45,592 nucleotides of DNA, from positions 41,801,335 to 41,846,926 of the forward strand of contig JBOZIK010000001.1 of NCBI GenBank assembly GCA_051453625.1, in the 5' to 3' direction. A program made the translations under genes and the position numbers. This stretch comes from Welwitschia mirabilis (lineage: Eukaryota). Positions 1-14,284 of the stretch are shown one piece after another. Under the pieces are notes generated by a model. The model saw only the letters and a program-made list of their open reading frames with translations, was not told the DNA's origin and did not search any database. Every line of letters starts with the position of its first letter. The first letter of the stretch is position 1.

Positions 1-209
1 AGTATAGGATACAATTTTTAAATCGTTATTGTATGCAAACTAAAAGGGTCTATAGTTAAGTAATAATTATGTTTTCTAATTATTTTAAAAATTATAATGT
101 ATTAATAGAGTCTAAATAAGATTTAATCCTAGGTTTCATTGTGCATGTTATTTAATAATATTTTTAAAAAATTATGGTTAATTAGGGTAATTAAAGTTAG
201 GGTGTTACA
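1..209 (-). mobile_element. Terminus of a Gypsy (Tekay/Del-like) LTR inserted into the adjacent Copia gag
   Basis: Ends in ...TAGGGTGTTACA (reverse complement TGTAACACCCTA), a typical Tekay/Del LTR start. The gag-like frame on the right stops abruptly here. Confidence 0.4.
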
Positions 210-1090
210 CTTTTGGTCTTGAAAAGGATGTGCCATTTTCCTTTTTATTTCTCCATTTTTTTCTTGTCAACATCTTCTTAAATTTTCTAGTAAACAAAGT
301 TAATTCTTAATCCATATCAGAATTAGAATCAAAATAAATATAACTAGAAGAGTCATCTTTAGAGTAGATTTTGAAGAAGAAACTTGTTTAGCATTAAGAT
401 CCATACCTTTACCTTTTATACCTTTTTGGAAATATTTTATCACAAAGGTTAGAATGTCACTTATCAATTCTTTAAACCTGATGTTTTTAATGTCCTTTAT
501 GTTTTCAATTGATAGAACCTTATTTTCATAAACTTTTGGTAAGGATCTCAAGATCTTCTTAGTAATTTAACTTGATTTGAGAGGTTCTCCAAGTCCCTAA
601 AACCCATTGATAATGTCCATTATTTCATTATTGAATTTGGTAAAACTTTCATCATCTTGCGTATGAAGTTACTCAAATTGTGTCATGAGAGATTGCCATT
701 TGGTCTTCTTGATCTGATTTTCTCCTTCATATGACACTTGCAAATAATCCCATATATCTTTTATAATAGAAAAATTTCTTCCTTTTTATAATCTTTTGCA
801 TTAAAATCAAAGTAAATAGCATTCATGGCCTTCTCATTCATCATAGCTTGATCTTGCTCTTTATTGTCCCATGTGCTCCTTGCCTTAATCACAAAGGTTG
901 TGACTCCATTATTTATAAGAGGCTCCATTAGAGGATTAAATCATTCTTCCACTATAGTCCAATAGTTAAAGCTTATGGCTTCAATGGATACTTGTGTTCT
1001 TATCTTTCAAAATTCATAATTTTCACTGGTGAAGTATGGCGGATGATTTATTGGTTAACCTTTTAAGTTTATAACCCTATTTAAGAAATT
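210..1090 (-). pseudogene. Decayed gag N-terminal half of a Sirevirus-like Ty1/copia element
   Basis: Minus strand gives RSLPKVYENKVLSIENIKDI (ORF 300-551, UBN2-type gag) and ELTLFTRKFKKML. Stops and frameshifts present. Lies just downstream of a PBS. Confidence 0.8.
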
Positions 1091-1130
1091 AAATTATAGT
1101 AAACATAACTCAAAAAAAACTTCTTCCAAG

Positions 1131-1142
1131 GCTCTAATACCA
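1131..1142 (-). promoter_or_regulatory. Primer binding site, tRNA-iMet type
   Basis: GCTCTAATACCA = rc TGGTATTAGAGC, one mismatch to TGGTATCAGAGC, 2 nt from the LTR terminus at 1145. Confidence 0.75.
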
Positions 1143-1144
1143 AT

Positions 1145-2188
1145 TGTTAGGCTCGGTTTTCCTAGAGGGAAGAGGTGAATAGAAGAGATAAGGTAATTTT
1201 TCCAATTTGAATTCTTAACACTGCACAATATGAGATTTCAATCAACTAAGTACCTTTAAGCCTTTTTCAAGTTATGAACATAGTGTATAAAATACTATTA
1301 GAGATACAAAAATGAATGCTTAGGAGAAATACTAAATTATAAATAACACAAAACACATTGTAAAGAAAATAAGACTATTTTCATTATTTCTTATGTAGCC
1401 TCCTAGTGAAAATAAATGGAACCTTTATGGTTTTCTCCATCAAAACAATCAAGATTTTATGGCAATCCTCAATCACCATTACAAGCCAAATGCTTAGCTT
1501 GTAATCATAATTCAAAGCAGGTAGGTATGAAAGAAAAGATAAAGAGTAGATTACAATTGAAGCATTATGGATAATTTTTTCCAAAAAGATGTTTTATCAA
1601 TACAAATATCCATATAAACATAAAGGATAGATTATAGCTATTGTTGATCACTAGGACCAATGTAAATAATCATTGAAGTCCTTGAAATGGCTGGTTGGTT
1701 TGCCTATGAGAGTTTGTCATAGTTGTCCATAGTCAATAATGGATATATTTGTGTTGGCTATTAGACTGACAGTTAACCTTCATGAGCTAACAGTTGATCC
1801 CTCTTTATACATTCATCTTTTTTAAACTGGGTGGTTAACCATTATTGCTACATTTAAATAGATTCCATGGGTGGTCAAACCCTAGATTTACTAGATCGAG
1901 CCTGGCAGTTTACCCCTTGCACATTGACAGTCAATCCCTTAAAGATATGATAGAGATTTTAAGAGTAACAAGTGTTCAACCTCCTTCAGAATGTTGGTCG
2001 ATCATCTGGGCATTTTTTACCATTTAAATTATCTAATCAGTCCAGTTCACTTGATGATTTATTTGACTTGATCCATGTTTTTATAAGATCTAACATATGC
2101 TTTAGAATGGCTTTAATGAACATTTAGTATTAACCTAAAAAACACCATCATTTTAGTATTTCACTAGATATTATTTGGTGTGACATCA
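1145..2188 (-). repeat. 5' LTR of the SIRE-like element (far boundary approximate)
   Basis: Starts TG next to the PBS. Contains CTAGAGGGAAGAGGTGAATAG (rc of the SIRE LTR-end motif CTATTCACCCCC..CTAG) and repeated decayed GGTCGACC-like palindromes at ~1700-2000. Candidate CA end at 2187-2188. Confidence 0.65.
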
Positions 2189-3851
2189 ATAGAAAACTTG
2201 AGAGGTGCAATAAATATAACCTTTGATTTGTTAGCATGCCAAAATAGATATTTTCTTAGAGTTTTTCTCTAAGCTTTTATAAATTTCCCTTCTACTTCTT
2301 TTCTTTCTTATGTGAAAGACTAATTGCACTAATTCCTATTGTTTTTACATTAGATATAAATGAAGAAAAATTACAAGAATTTAAAAAAATAAAAAATAAG
2401 ATTTTATTTTCTCTTGATGTATAACAACATAGGAACAACCCCAAGAACATTTTTGGAATGAAGTACTTAACAAGAAGTAGCAAAGAAAGAAGAAACATCT
2501 GATAGAGCTTTTGTGAGGTCCCATTAGTAGTGGCCTCCAAAAGCCTCATCTTGTCTTTATTACTCTAAGAACTCTGATACTTGGTGGCCTTCAAGAGAAA
2601 ATACAATTAAGCTAAGATCTTACACAAGGAAACCTTTTCTTAAGTTTCTAATAAAGTTCTTCTCTTAAAATATCAGCTTCAATATCTCTCACTTCTACAT
2701 TCTCAACTTCAACTCTTAAAGCATACTCTTCATCTCATTACTTGCTCTTATTTCTAAGGATTTAAGAAGAATCTTAATTATGAGGGAATTCTCTAATGTT
2801 ATCCTCTTACACGTTTACCATAAATAAGCTCTAATCATAGCATATTTGTGACATCTAGATTCCCTCTAAATATAATATATTCCTCATGCTAATATTTCTT
2901 AAACATGCTAAATTAAATAGCTACTTATTTCCAACACGACAATTATACATGGCAAATTTTATTTTCCACATAATACACTTAATTAATACAAACTTATTTT
3001 AATTTGATTTTCTAAGAATGCTCCTGCATTATATGCCCTCTCTTAAAAATGAGCTCATCCCAAAGTGAAAAAAAAGTATAGTATTAATGTCATCACCAAA
3101 ACATTGAAACTTTGTACATGAAGTCAATCTTTTCCTATAAACTAATAGATCTGTTTCTTCATCATGCATCAGATCATCCATAATTGGTTTATCTTCAGTA
3201 ATCTTCATGGCATCAAACATGAAACAAGCTCCATGCTTCTATGACTTTCCTCCTTTGAACCTCTCCAAGTTATTAAATTTTACTTTCCACTAGCTTGCTG
3301 AAACCCATTATAAGCATGTGAGGCAACCTTTCCTTTTTTTCCTTTAGCAGTGTCCTCCATCTTAAAGTAATACTTTCTTTGAATGCCTATAGTTTTTGTT
3401 CATCTATTTTCTAATAACTTTGAACAATACTAATATTCACCAAAGATGTAATACCATTATAATGTAAAGAAAGTAGGATCTAGAGAAATTAGTGCTTTAA
3501 ATAGGAGGAAATGAAGTAGAAGGAGAATGTATTGAGAAGTTACTATAAAATCTCTAAGAAAATATTTATTTGAAATGCCAACTAGTACAACAGTACAATA
3601 ACATTTAGGAGTCTTCAACATAAATCATAACCCTTTAAAAAATTCCAAAAAAAACAAAAGTGAGCATCAAAATAGAAATTTTATCCCTTCTTTACTCTTC
3701 ATATCCATTTCTCTTAAACCCCATAAACATTTATTACACTTTCCTCACTTTGTTCTCTTCTTCCTTCTCTTCTAAATCATTTTTTTAATCTTTCCTCCCA
3801 TCCATCTAACTCATTTTCTTTTATGTAATTCTTCCCTTTAAAAAAATTAAT

Positions 3852-3874
3852 AAGAAGAAGAAGAAGAAGAAGAA
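3852..3874. repeat. (AAG)n microsatellite
   Basis: aagaagaagaagaagaagaagaa read directly. Confidence 0.9.
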
Positions 3875-5398
3875 ATAAAATGAAATTTTATAATTCTAAA
3901 TGCTTCATGTAAAATCATAAAAAGGGTAAATTTGTATTAAAAATTTTTAGAGTTGAGTTCTAATTATCAAATTTTTTAGCCTAATATTTAGATATAAAAT
4001 AGTTACTTAAATGTATGAGTAAATATTAAGCACATTGGCATCAAAATATTAATGTCTAGCCATTTCAATCATTTATCAAATTGAAAGCTACTAAAACAAC
4101 AAATTTGATTGTCAAAATTCTAATCTGATTGTTAACGTTCCAATTTGATTATCAAATTCTAATCTAATCATTGAAATAGAAGACTAATCATGAAATTTCA
4201 TATACAAATGTCATTTTATTAGTCTATTATAATATAATACAACTAATAACACTAAGAGAATCTCAGATTTAATGCCACCTAGGATTAATTAAGCATCAGT
4301 TAAGGTCCTTCCCTAATAAACACATAATTCTAGAGCCTTTATGGCATATAGAAAGGATTAATAAAATTAATAGATCTTTAAAGAAGTTAAAAAAGGACTA
4401 GAACCAAGTTTCAAGTTCACTTTATCATCAAGAAAAGGTAGTCCATTCAAAGTTCAACATCTATAAAAAGTACCACCCAATTATTAAAGATGAACTTCAT
4501 TATAACAAATCAACCTCAGTAATCTTTTATCCATCTCTACTCATAAATAGTAAAAAGACAGCCTTTTTTAATCATAAATTCTGTTTTACATATTTTCAAA
4601 ATTTTTCATTTTTTGAATAACATAAAGGTATTTCTTTTTTAAAATATATTTAATGCATTACTTTGTAGTCCATTTATTTCTAAAATTTTATTATCCTTGT
4701 CTTGAAGAAAAGTTGTTTTCTTTTAACTTATTATTATTAAAAATATAATAAAAGTTCTTTCTTCAAAAGGAATTAGGTGTGATTCACTTTTATATAAATC
4801 ATGAAACTAAATAAGTTCTAAGTGAAAAATAAAGAATTTTTGCTTCGATTATTTACTATTATAAATTTTTTATTTTTTTAATTTATTTTATGAAGTTAAT
4901 ATAAGAAAAACTATACCACCCACTAGGGTTAGTAGTTTATTTAATCTGGTAAAAACCTATGTAAATCCCTTACTGACTTAGGGGCCGACCATCAAATGTT
5001 AAGGTTTTTTTTATGATTTACCCTAAAGATGTTGAATCCCATGCTTAAATGCAGACTAAATATAAGGTATAAACCATAATCCACCTCACATATCATAGTA
5101 TTCAAATCCAAAACAGTAAACCTCTCAACTTATAATGTGCTAAACCCAATACATTATGCACCAAAATCTCTTTTTTCTATTTTTGACTATCCTTTTAGTA
5201 ATGTTTTTTTCTTTTTAATTTAGATTATGGGTTTACTTATTAGCTTCATGATATCTTAGTACCATGTTATCTCTGATACCATGATGTGATATCTAAAGAA
5301 ATCCACTTACTTAATTAATTAATTTAAGTCAAATGATCAAATGTTAGACCCTTTTATTATAATCATATTAAAACTTCATTTGTTATAGTGATTTTAGA

Positions 5399-6902
5399 TG
5401 TTGGTGAAAATCTAGTTTTGATGATTTCACTTGTCAAATATGTTGTGCTATCATAAAGACAGGTTAATATAAATAAAACTAGATTACAAAAAGCATAAGT
5501 CCATGTCATACCTCAAATCTCAAATCCTACAACAAAATTTAGCATAGAGTTTAAAATGTTAACCAATTGAAGACATCTATAGGATTGAATATGTCTATGA
5601 GAAAAATGTCTACACATTGGAAGACGTCTATGGTAAAGATTTTTACAGCATCAAAGATGTATATGTTGAATCAATTTTCAATAACATATGAAAGACGTCT
5701 ATCTCAATGAAAACGACTATATTGAAGCAAGGATATGACAAAGATGAAAGACATATACATAGTTGAAGACGTCTATACTAAACTAAAAGAGGTAACAAGA
5801 ACAATTTGTACTTTGATGAATTATTTGCATTCTAGTGAAGATATGAAGTTTGGCATTATAGATTTATTATCACTAAGGGTCAATGATTCTACAGTTTAAG
5901 TTTCATTAATTTCTAGGCACTTTGATCAAATACATCTTCCATGACATTTGACTAATGGAATACATCTACCATCCTAAAGATATCTATGCTGAAAGTTCAT
6001 AGAAAATAAAATAGACATTGTGCATCTAAGACTCGGCCATTTCTATTTGTTGTATGATGGTTACAAAGCTTAAACTTCTATCTTCCTAGGTCAAATAGCT
6101 AGAATCTCTTTAAAAGGTATAAAGGCATTACTTAATGGACATATTAAAATAAATAAAACACACATATGCACAAATGAACACATGGGTGATTAGATCTACT
6201 TATGAAGCATCAAGCTATTATTTGCAAGGAACTTTCAATTGACTACATCTTTTGTACATTAGATTCTATAAATGTTGCATCATTCTTTAGCACTTGTTGG
6301 TGATGACAACAAGAAGGAATTCAAGTTATCTATCAAAGGAATATCATTCATGCTTGTTGATTCATTTGTTATTATTTATTTGTTGGAACTGAAATCATTA
6401 GACTATAATATTCTTGAATACGCTTGTACAGTACATTTCTTATTATCAAACTTAAGTATTCCTTGTTAGGATTCAATATTATAAGGCTACCCTTATATGA
6501 GTGTACTCTTGTAAGTGCTTTCAAGCATGTTTTTATTATTGTGTTATTGTACATCCTTGAGGGGAAAAGAGTATTGCCTTACAACAAGCATGTCACATCG
6601 TGTTAGTGCTTGTGAGTGTATTTTTGGTATTGTGTTGTTAATTATCCCTAAGAAAAAGAGAGTGATACCTTACAAGGAGCATCTTACATTGTATGTAAGG
6701 TTAGTGATGGATCAAAACCTCTATTTTGTAGGTCAAGATTATCCAAAGGTATGAGAGAAAGCTATCCTCTATGTGTGGACATACCCAAGTTTGGGAACTA
6801 CATTATCTTTATAAGGTTTCATTACATAGTTTTTAATTTTTTTTTAGTGAAATTTATTTTTGGTAGACCTCATTCACCCCTTCTCTCTAAGTTCAATCCT
6901 CA
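5399..6902 (+). mobile_element. Solo LTR, Sirevirus-like, ~1.5 kb
   Basis: TG...CA ends and flanking 5-mers TTAGA (5394-5398) / TTAGG (6903-6907), a 4/5 TSD. Begins TGTTGGTGAAAATCTAGTTTTGATGAT and ends with CATTCACCCCTT..CTAA. Clustered AGACGTCT palindromes at ~5570-5775. Confidence 0.75.
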
Positions 6903-7247
6903 TTAGGTATGTATAAAACTTATTTTTTGGAATGATAAATATTTTAAGGACTTATAATGAAAATTAATAATTAATGTATTAGTAATATCTGATAAGTGAT
7001 ATATGAATAAAATGTAATGGTATTGATTATGAGATTATAACTGGATCATGTAATTGTAACTTACTACATTAATTCTAGAAATCTTATAGGACTTGTGGAG
7101 TTATCATTAAATCTTTAAAAGTTGAATGTTAGAACTTATCCCTATTAGATAAACTCCATCTCCACTTTTTTTTTTCCATATTAATCTTTCAATGACTTTT
7201 TCTTTATATTATGGAAAAAGGCATCTTAAATTTTTTCGTCTCTTTAT

Positions 7248-10200
7248 TGTAAATGCCAAATTGTGTGTATTTTATGGGGTATTTTAAGTACTTCTATAAG
7301 ACATTTGAATAGGTTAAATGGAGTTTTGATGATTATGAAGAGTCAATGAGATGATCACACAGACATGTAATTCTTACAACATTTGGAGGCATTTTGGATA
7401 GATTATAAAACTTAGCATTTTGAGGAGGAGTCCAATGATCCATAAGGCTAATTTCCTTTAGATAAAGAAGCTCAAGAGGATGTTATCTGGTCATCGTCTA
7501 GACGAGAATTACTAGATGATAGTACATTTCGAGCTGATAGGGACGTTGACATGAACCAGGGCTGGAAACCGATGAGTCATCTTTTGTTATGGGAATCGTC
7601 TCCTATAATTGTCTAGATAATAGTCAGGATAACAACTATTTTATATGAACAAATGAATGATCTTTGTAATGGGTCATGTGCCCCATTAGAGTTGCTAGAG
7701 TTTCATTTCTGACATCTAGGTTTGTAATCCAAAATCTTCCATGTAGACCTATAAATATTTCTCTTGCCCTCACTTTTAAAATCATCTTTTATACCAGAAA
7801 GTCTTGTGATGGAAGATCAAAGAACAAGAGGTTCATCTTATCCTCCCTTGAGATGCTATTGCTTTTTAAGTGGATGTTGGTTCAATATTAATAAAAAGAT
7901 TACTTTACTTCTATTATGTACATCACCCTCATGGTTTATATTAGTTATGATTCCCTAACAATCTCATACTTAATCTATATTATAAGAGCAATCTTTGATA
8001 GGTTGATATTCTTAATTTAGTACTTGAAATTTCATTTCATATTGTATTTCCATCATTTAGTAGTTGCATTTATCTATATTCTGTTTAATGTGTCTTATAG
8101 CTTATGTTGATTAGGATTAAGTGACAAATTGATCTAAGTTATAAGGGTTAATCTTGGTGATAAAAAGATTGGTAGTTAAATAGATTCATTACTTGGAGTA
8201 TTTCCATTGTATTTCATTTATAATCATTACATTAAGCATTCATATTGCATTGTATTTCTACATTCTTCTTATTTCATGTACTTAATTAGAAAAGATCAAA
8301 AATACTTTGTTAAATCAATTTTGTACCTTCTAGTCTAATACCTTCAATATATTACAACATTCAAGTTAATGCTTATCTATACTAGTATGTGTTTTGTACA
8401 AGAATTTGTGATTTATAGGTTTTACTTAAGGACTTAAGGATTGCATAAATTCACACTAAAATGTTTTGGCACTATTGTTGCGGAAGGTGAAAAGAAGCTG
8501 AAGAACTATCACTATCTAGATAAGTACTTTAGATTTTGATTTGAGTTATTTATTTGAATAGCCTTGCATTTCTACTCTAGATTCCATAGGTTTATTTTCT
8601 GAAATTTTCATTTTAGTAGTTTTAATAAGCCTTGTCATCCTTTCTATTATCTAGACAAAGTACAAATGATAATCTATAATTAGTATTTTCCTTTTTTTTT
8701 TTTGCAATAAGGTTTTCTATTTTTTTAGTAACATAATAAAATAATGTCATCTTATTTGTCATCTAGATGTCTAAGCAGAAGACTGTCACTATTGTTTCTA
8801 TTTCTATTTTTTTCACAGTATATGTTTTTATATTTCTACAAAATATCTACTAGTCATCTTTCATATTGCCTGGATGATTGATAAGATGACAGCCATTATG
8901 CATTTTCTAAGTGTTAACAATCCAAACAATTCTAGTAAAAAGATGAAATATCAAAGGGAACAGAGATTGATCTTCACCTTGCACTTACTTCTTTATCATC
9001 TTAATTAATTATTCCTATTCCATCCTTCTCATCTATTTCTATGAATAGTGATCAAAGAACCCTTCAAGAATTTTTTTTTAAAAGGAGGAGAAACTTGAGA
9101 ATTTCTAAGGAAAATGATAAAGGATGACTTTAAGAAATTTTTATAAAAAGAGGGTGAACAACACCAAATGATGTTGGGATTAGGAATTGGACCCCTTCTT
9201 ATTTTCAACCTTTTATTTTTTCTCCTTTTCTTTTTAGGATTCATGTAGAAATTACAATGAATCATTTCAACATTTTATGGATTTTACCTCATTTAGAGAA
9301 GCATCCTATAATCATTTTAACAAATCCTAACCATCTTCCATGAATTGCTATGAACAAGATACATCTCCCATGAATTATAATAAAGAAGAAGAAGACTAAC
9401 TTCATGAACCAATCAAAGAAATAAAGAGGATGCAAGAAATTATTAATAAAAATAAAAATTTTAAAAAATCAAAATAATAACCTAGAAGATCTGATTGGGA
9501 TCCTTATAGAAAATAAGCCTTTGGATCAAACTTCAATATCCCATGCATTAGGATATGGCCAAAAGAAAGATAATGATGACTTAACTCAATTTTTCAACAA
9601 TAAGGACAAAGATGATTATTTACTACATGATAATATTAAGACACTAAATTATATCCCTAGAATCCATTTACTGCTAGAAAATCTAAATGAAATAGAGGAA
9701 TCATTTCATACAAAATATGAAAATTTTTCAACCCATGATGAAGATAATGTTTACATTTCTCTTGATGACCTTTTTAATGAATCCAACAATTTAGATAATG
9801 AGAGTAATACTCAAGAAGAGAAGGGGAATATAGTCAAAAATAATGATGAAAAAAGTAAATAAACAATTCAACAAAGTAATGATAAATATAATAATGAAGA
9901 AAAGAAACATAATAAAGGACCCATAGAGATTCAATCTAACTTAATAAAGGATAGACTTATTCATTCCAATTCAACCAATCAACCTAAATACTATACCCAT
10001 CTTTCTCCATCCCTTCCACTTTTGCTTCCATGTAATACTTAAAGTAACATCCTTCCCTCTCCTCCCCTATTCACTTTACCTTGTGCTTTTAATAATTACT
10101 CTTTTTAAAGTATGACTTAGGATACTCTGGAATTTTAAATTAGTGTAAAAATTATTTTTCTAAATAATAATCCATACTTATAATTGAATCTTAAAGAGCT

Positions 10201-12700
10201 TTTTAATCCCATTAAACATTTTGAAAAGCCTTCAAAAACTTTTTGGATCCATTCTTTGAGTAGTTCCTTAAATGCCTTATGTAATAATAATCATGATTTA
10301 CAATGATTCAATAAGAGATTATTTGTTAATGAAATTTATCACTTCTTCATCTCTTATTTAGATTATGAAATTTGTGCTATTAAGGTTTGGTCCTTTTACT
10401 CTTTTTTCCTCTAATTAATTTTAGTTAGAAATAATTATATACCTTTTATGTTTTATCAATTAGTCTCTATTTGGGTTGGTTCTTATTTTTCCGAAAAAAA
10501 GGTACAATACCCGAGTAAATATTTTACACAGTTAGTTAATCTCTAAATGGTTAGGTCCTTATCTTTTAGAAAAAGTACATTTTTAATACTCAATTAAAAT
10601 CTCTAATGTGAACACTGGAAAAATTCAGAAAGTTAACAGATAAATGTTAAAAACCTATGAATCACCTATCGGTTAAATCTTGAACATGATAAAATCACTT
10701 GTCTTAGAAGTCCTCTTATCATTGTCTAAATTCTTCCTTAGCTGATTTCTTTGGTGGATGTCATGCTATCACTTAAACATATTTAACTTAACTAATGTAT
10801 TACTTTTATAAAATTACCATAACTATTAATCTTTTACTTGGGCATTTTAAAGTGATAAGATTGGATCAATCTAATCTTAAGACATTTGTATATCTATGAA
10901 CTTCCTTTTGAAGGAAGATGACTTGGTTCTTATGTTATCTCTTAATGATGTGAGTCTTTAGTTGTTAAAGTATGTCATCCTTTATTTCTCACCTTATTAC
11001 TTCATCCTTGTTATTAAGAGTACTTAATCATGTGTGCTTTACTTCAAACAAAAAAAAGGAAGAAAAGATATAAATAATAATCATTACCTTTCGTATATGA
11101 GCTAAAAAACATAGTCATCATGATGTCCTATCACACTGGGGTAAATTTTCTTGAGAGGGGCCTTTGGTAGTGTTAGTAACTATGGGAACTCCATTAGGGG
11201 GTCAGTTGGTCATGCTTCATAGGTGCTTACTCCTCTAATGGTGGTTATACTTCCCTCACCATGTAAATAATTATCACTTAGAGACTATAGGATTAGTGAT
11301 ATCCCCAGTGTCATTAGAGGCATTGCTTATTTTTTAGACTCATTTCTATACAGTACTCCCACATGATCATTTCACCTTTTAGGATTCTAGTGTGTTTTTT
11401 GGGTGGAAGTAGGTGAGTTCATTTTTAAGTAGCTTTTGATCTTATCATTTATTAATTGAAAACATTAGATCTTCTTGAAATCATCATAATCATTGCTTAT
11501 TTGAATGGTACTTTATGAAGTTTTTACATCGTGTCATACATCATCAATTAAGTGATTTTATGATTTCTATCAAGGGACTTTGCTAAGTTAGAATTTAGAG
11601 TAGGTATACAATCTTCTTTATATTCCTAGTTGTTTATTTTCATTTGCTTTCCCTAGTCATTTTACTTAGTATTTCAAAGTCGTTTTCATACTTTTTCATC
11701 ATAATACTTAGAACTTCATCACTTAGTAGTTTTCTTACTATTTTTGTTTCACTTGTGGTTTTTATCCATAGAGGTTCACTTTCTTTTAGCACTTTGTAGA
11801 TTATGTTCCTTTAGCATCTTTTTTAGTTATCACACCTCCACTTACAAATCTTGAATGTTTATTGAGTTTGGGAACATTTGAGGATTTTTCTTAGTATTAT
11901 TTCTCTTTCTTAATGCATTTTCATTTCCCTACCTTGATACCCTTTTCTCTTGCCTTGAGTTCTTTTTGGTTCCTTTACTTATTAGCTTTTATCTATCTTT
12001 TAGACTTCATGAGGACTTTCTGAGGCCTTACTGGTGCTATGATTGACTATCTAATTCTACTTGAACTTCACTGTTTTACCAAATCTTTTGTTTTCTGATT
12101 GTCATCCCATGTCTGCTATCTAGACAACAGACTAGATGACAATAGCTTCGTATTATGTTATTGCAATATGGAACATATTGATTCATTTGTGGGGGGTAGA
12201 ACATATTTGTGTGACATTTTTGGTAAAAATTTTAATTATGAGGATCAGTTTGAGCTTTCATGATACATACATATGATGTTCTAGTCCAATTATGATTTCA
12301 TATTACTTGTGAGATATGTATTATGGGTATTGTTTATAAGAACATAGCAAAGGAGCTATAAGATCTTCTTGCAGGTGTGGTCCAAAAGATTCGGAAGATC
12401 ATGGATAAGGGAAGTAATGTTATGATTATTCTTGATATATTTGCCCCTTGTATAATGTACTTAAAACTTACTGATTGATTTATATACATCATTTTGAGTT
12501 ATCACTATTCTTGATTAAACATGCACAACATTTATGTGAGTTATTATGGTTATATCTTTTGATAAATTTAATTAGTTCTCCTATTAGATGCACTACAGTT
12601 TTCCATGAATTAACTCACTCAAACTGGATGTGAACAATAAAGATCATAGATGAAATTTACCTTTCTTAAAGTAATAATTCAAACAAAATTTAGTTTGTAC
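7248..12700 (+). mobile_element. Degenerate non-autonomous Athila-like Gypsy element (5' LTR ~7248-8460; right boundary uncertain)
   Basis: LTR-like start TGTAAATGCCAAAT. At 8467-8483 TGGCACTATTGTTGCGG resembles a deaminated tRNA-Asp PBS (TGGCGCCGTTGCCGGGG). Internal G-run PPT-like TGTGGGGGGTAG near 12188. No recognisable gag/pol. Confidence 0.5.
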
Positions 12701-13627
12701 AATAATAATAAAACCTATTATTGAAATCTTATCATATATATTCATATCTTTTAATTATTTTGAATGGAGATTTGCATAGATATGTTAATAGTAGAAATGA
12801 TCTTTTTAAAGGTCATGGTTTATCACCATTTCTTTTTATATTGTTGTTTAATTTTGAGATCAATGATTAATATGGTTTACGTATTTAAGTTGTAAATGAT
12901 ATTCTCCATTTAACTGATGTTAAATAAGTTTATCATACTTTTATATTTTTTAGAGCTAAAATGAAAAATTTCAAAAGTATTTAAGATATATTACATACTT
13001 TTTTTATTTTTTGGAACTTTTAATTTCAGAATTAATCTTAAAAAACATATGAATTACACTTTATCATAAATTAAGATATATTTATGAAATGCAAAGTGTT
13101 CTAAATTGTGTAATAATAATTACATGAAAATTATTTAGATATTTCTCTTTTTATAGGAATAGTATAAAAAGAATTATAAAGTAATGTTCAAAACAAGATG
13201 ATCCAATAATTGGAAAATTAGAAAGGTAAATTTCCATTTTTAGTATGAATAACTCAACTTATTTGACGTTGTTTTTAGTACCTATTAATTTACTTCATAT
13301 TTTATCTCTCAACATGTAATGAAGTAAGACAACTTCAAGTTATGAATGATGGTGGCTTCTAGCCTATGGTAAGAAGGAAAATAAAAAGCGAGATCAATTA
13401 TGATGGTAAGCTTTAATATAAATAAGTCCTTATTAATAGACTTAGACATTCGTTTTGCTATTTTAAATTTTTCCAATTAAGAAGGAAACTTAAAGGACTC
13501 AAGAAGAGGATAAGTTATTACTAATGTTGATAATTAGGAAGACATAAGGATTAGATCTCTTTTCCTTCTTCATGATAAGTACTTTCTTGAAAAAATTATG
13601 GGTTTTTAGATTACATTTAAGAAGATG

Positions 13628-13796
13628 AATTTATTCATAGTTAACAAAATGGCTTTTATTTTTTTTAAGAGATTATAATTCAACTTGAAAAGTGTAAGAT
13701 TGAGTTTAATTAAATTTATTTATAGTTAATAAAATGGCTTTTATTTTTTTAAGAGATTAGAATTCAACTTGCAAAGTGTAAGATTGAGTTTGATTA
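13628..13796. repeat. ~85-bp two-copy tandem duplication
   Basis: AATTTATT(C/T)ATAGTTAA(C/T)AAAATGGCTTTTATT...GTGTAAGATTGAGTTT(A/G)ATTA occurs at 13628 and again at 13713. Confidence 0.85.
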
Positions 13797-13918
13797 TCTA
13801 AATGAACTCATAAAACATTAATGTAATGGGCCTTGCAAAAGTTTTTAAGTTTCATATTTTTGGCTTTTATAGAATGGATGATTATGGTAGATTATATTCT
13901 AAAAAAATTATTACACAC

Positions 13919-14202
13919 TGTTATGAGAAACGAGGAGCAATAAATAGAAGATAAACAAGTATNNNNNNNNNNACGTCCATAGGCAAGGAGAGAGATTTCT
14001 TATTCCTCAAGCAAAATTATTGTTTCAAGATGATGAACCCTAAAATCATATATATAACCTCACCGGTTTAGGTCACTCTAGAAAAAAGAAAATACATATA
14101 ATGGTTCAAACTGTTCATCAAAAGAAAATACATTTAACAGTTTGAACCGTTCATTAAAAGAAAATACATATAATGGTTCATCAAAATTCAAGACACTCAA
14201 CA
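13919..14202 (-). repeat. 3' LTR of the Tnt1-like element
   Basis: TG..CA, matches 18202-18544. Contains a 10-N gap and 3 copies of a 36-bp unit. Confidence 0.92.
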
Positions 14203-14284
14203 ATTCTCCACCTTGACTTGAATTGGCTCAAATCACTAGAAACCAAGAGTAATTCCATCCCTGCCATTCATGCCCTTAGGGCTT

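Noticed and set aside
2190-5260. Short ORFs (2292-2549, 3029-3220) in decayed AT-rich DNA
   Set aside because: No recognisable motifs; probably old TE debris that I cannot assign.
5270-5398. CTCTGATACCA PBS-like motif followed by a possible LTR start
   Set aside because: No adjoining gag and no definable LTR end, so too little to call an element.
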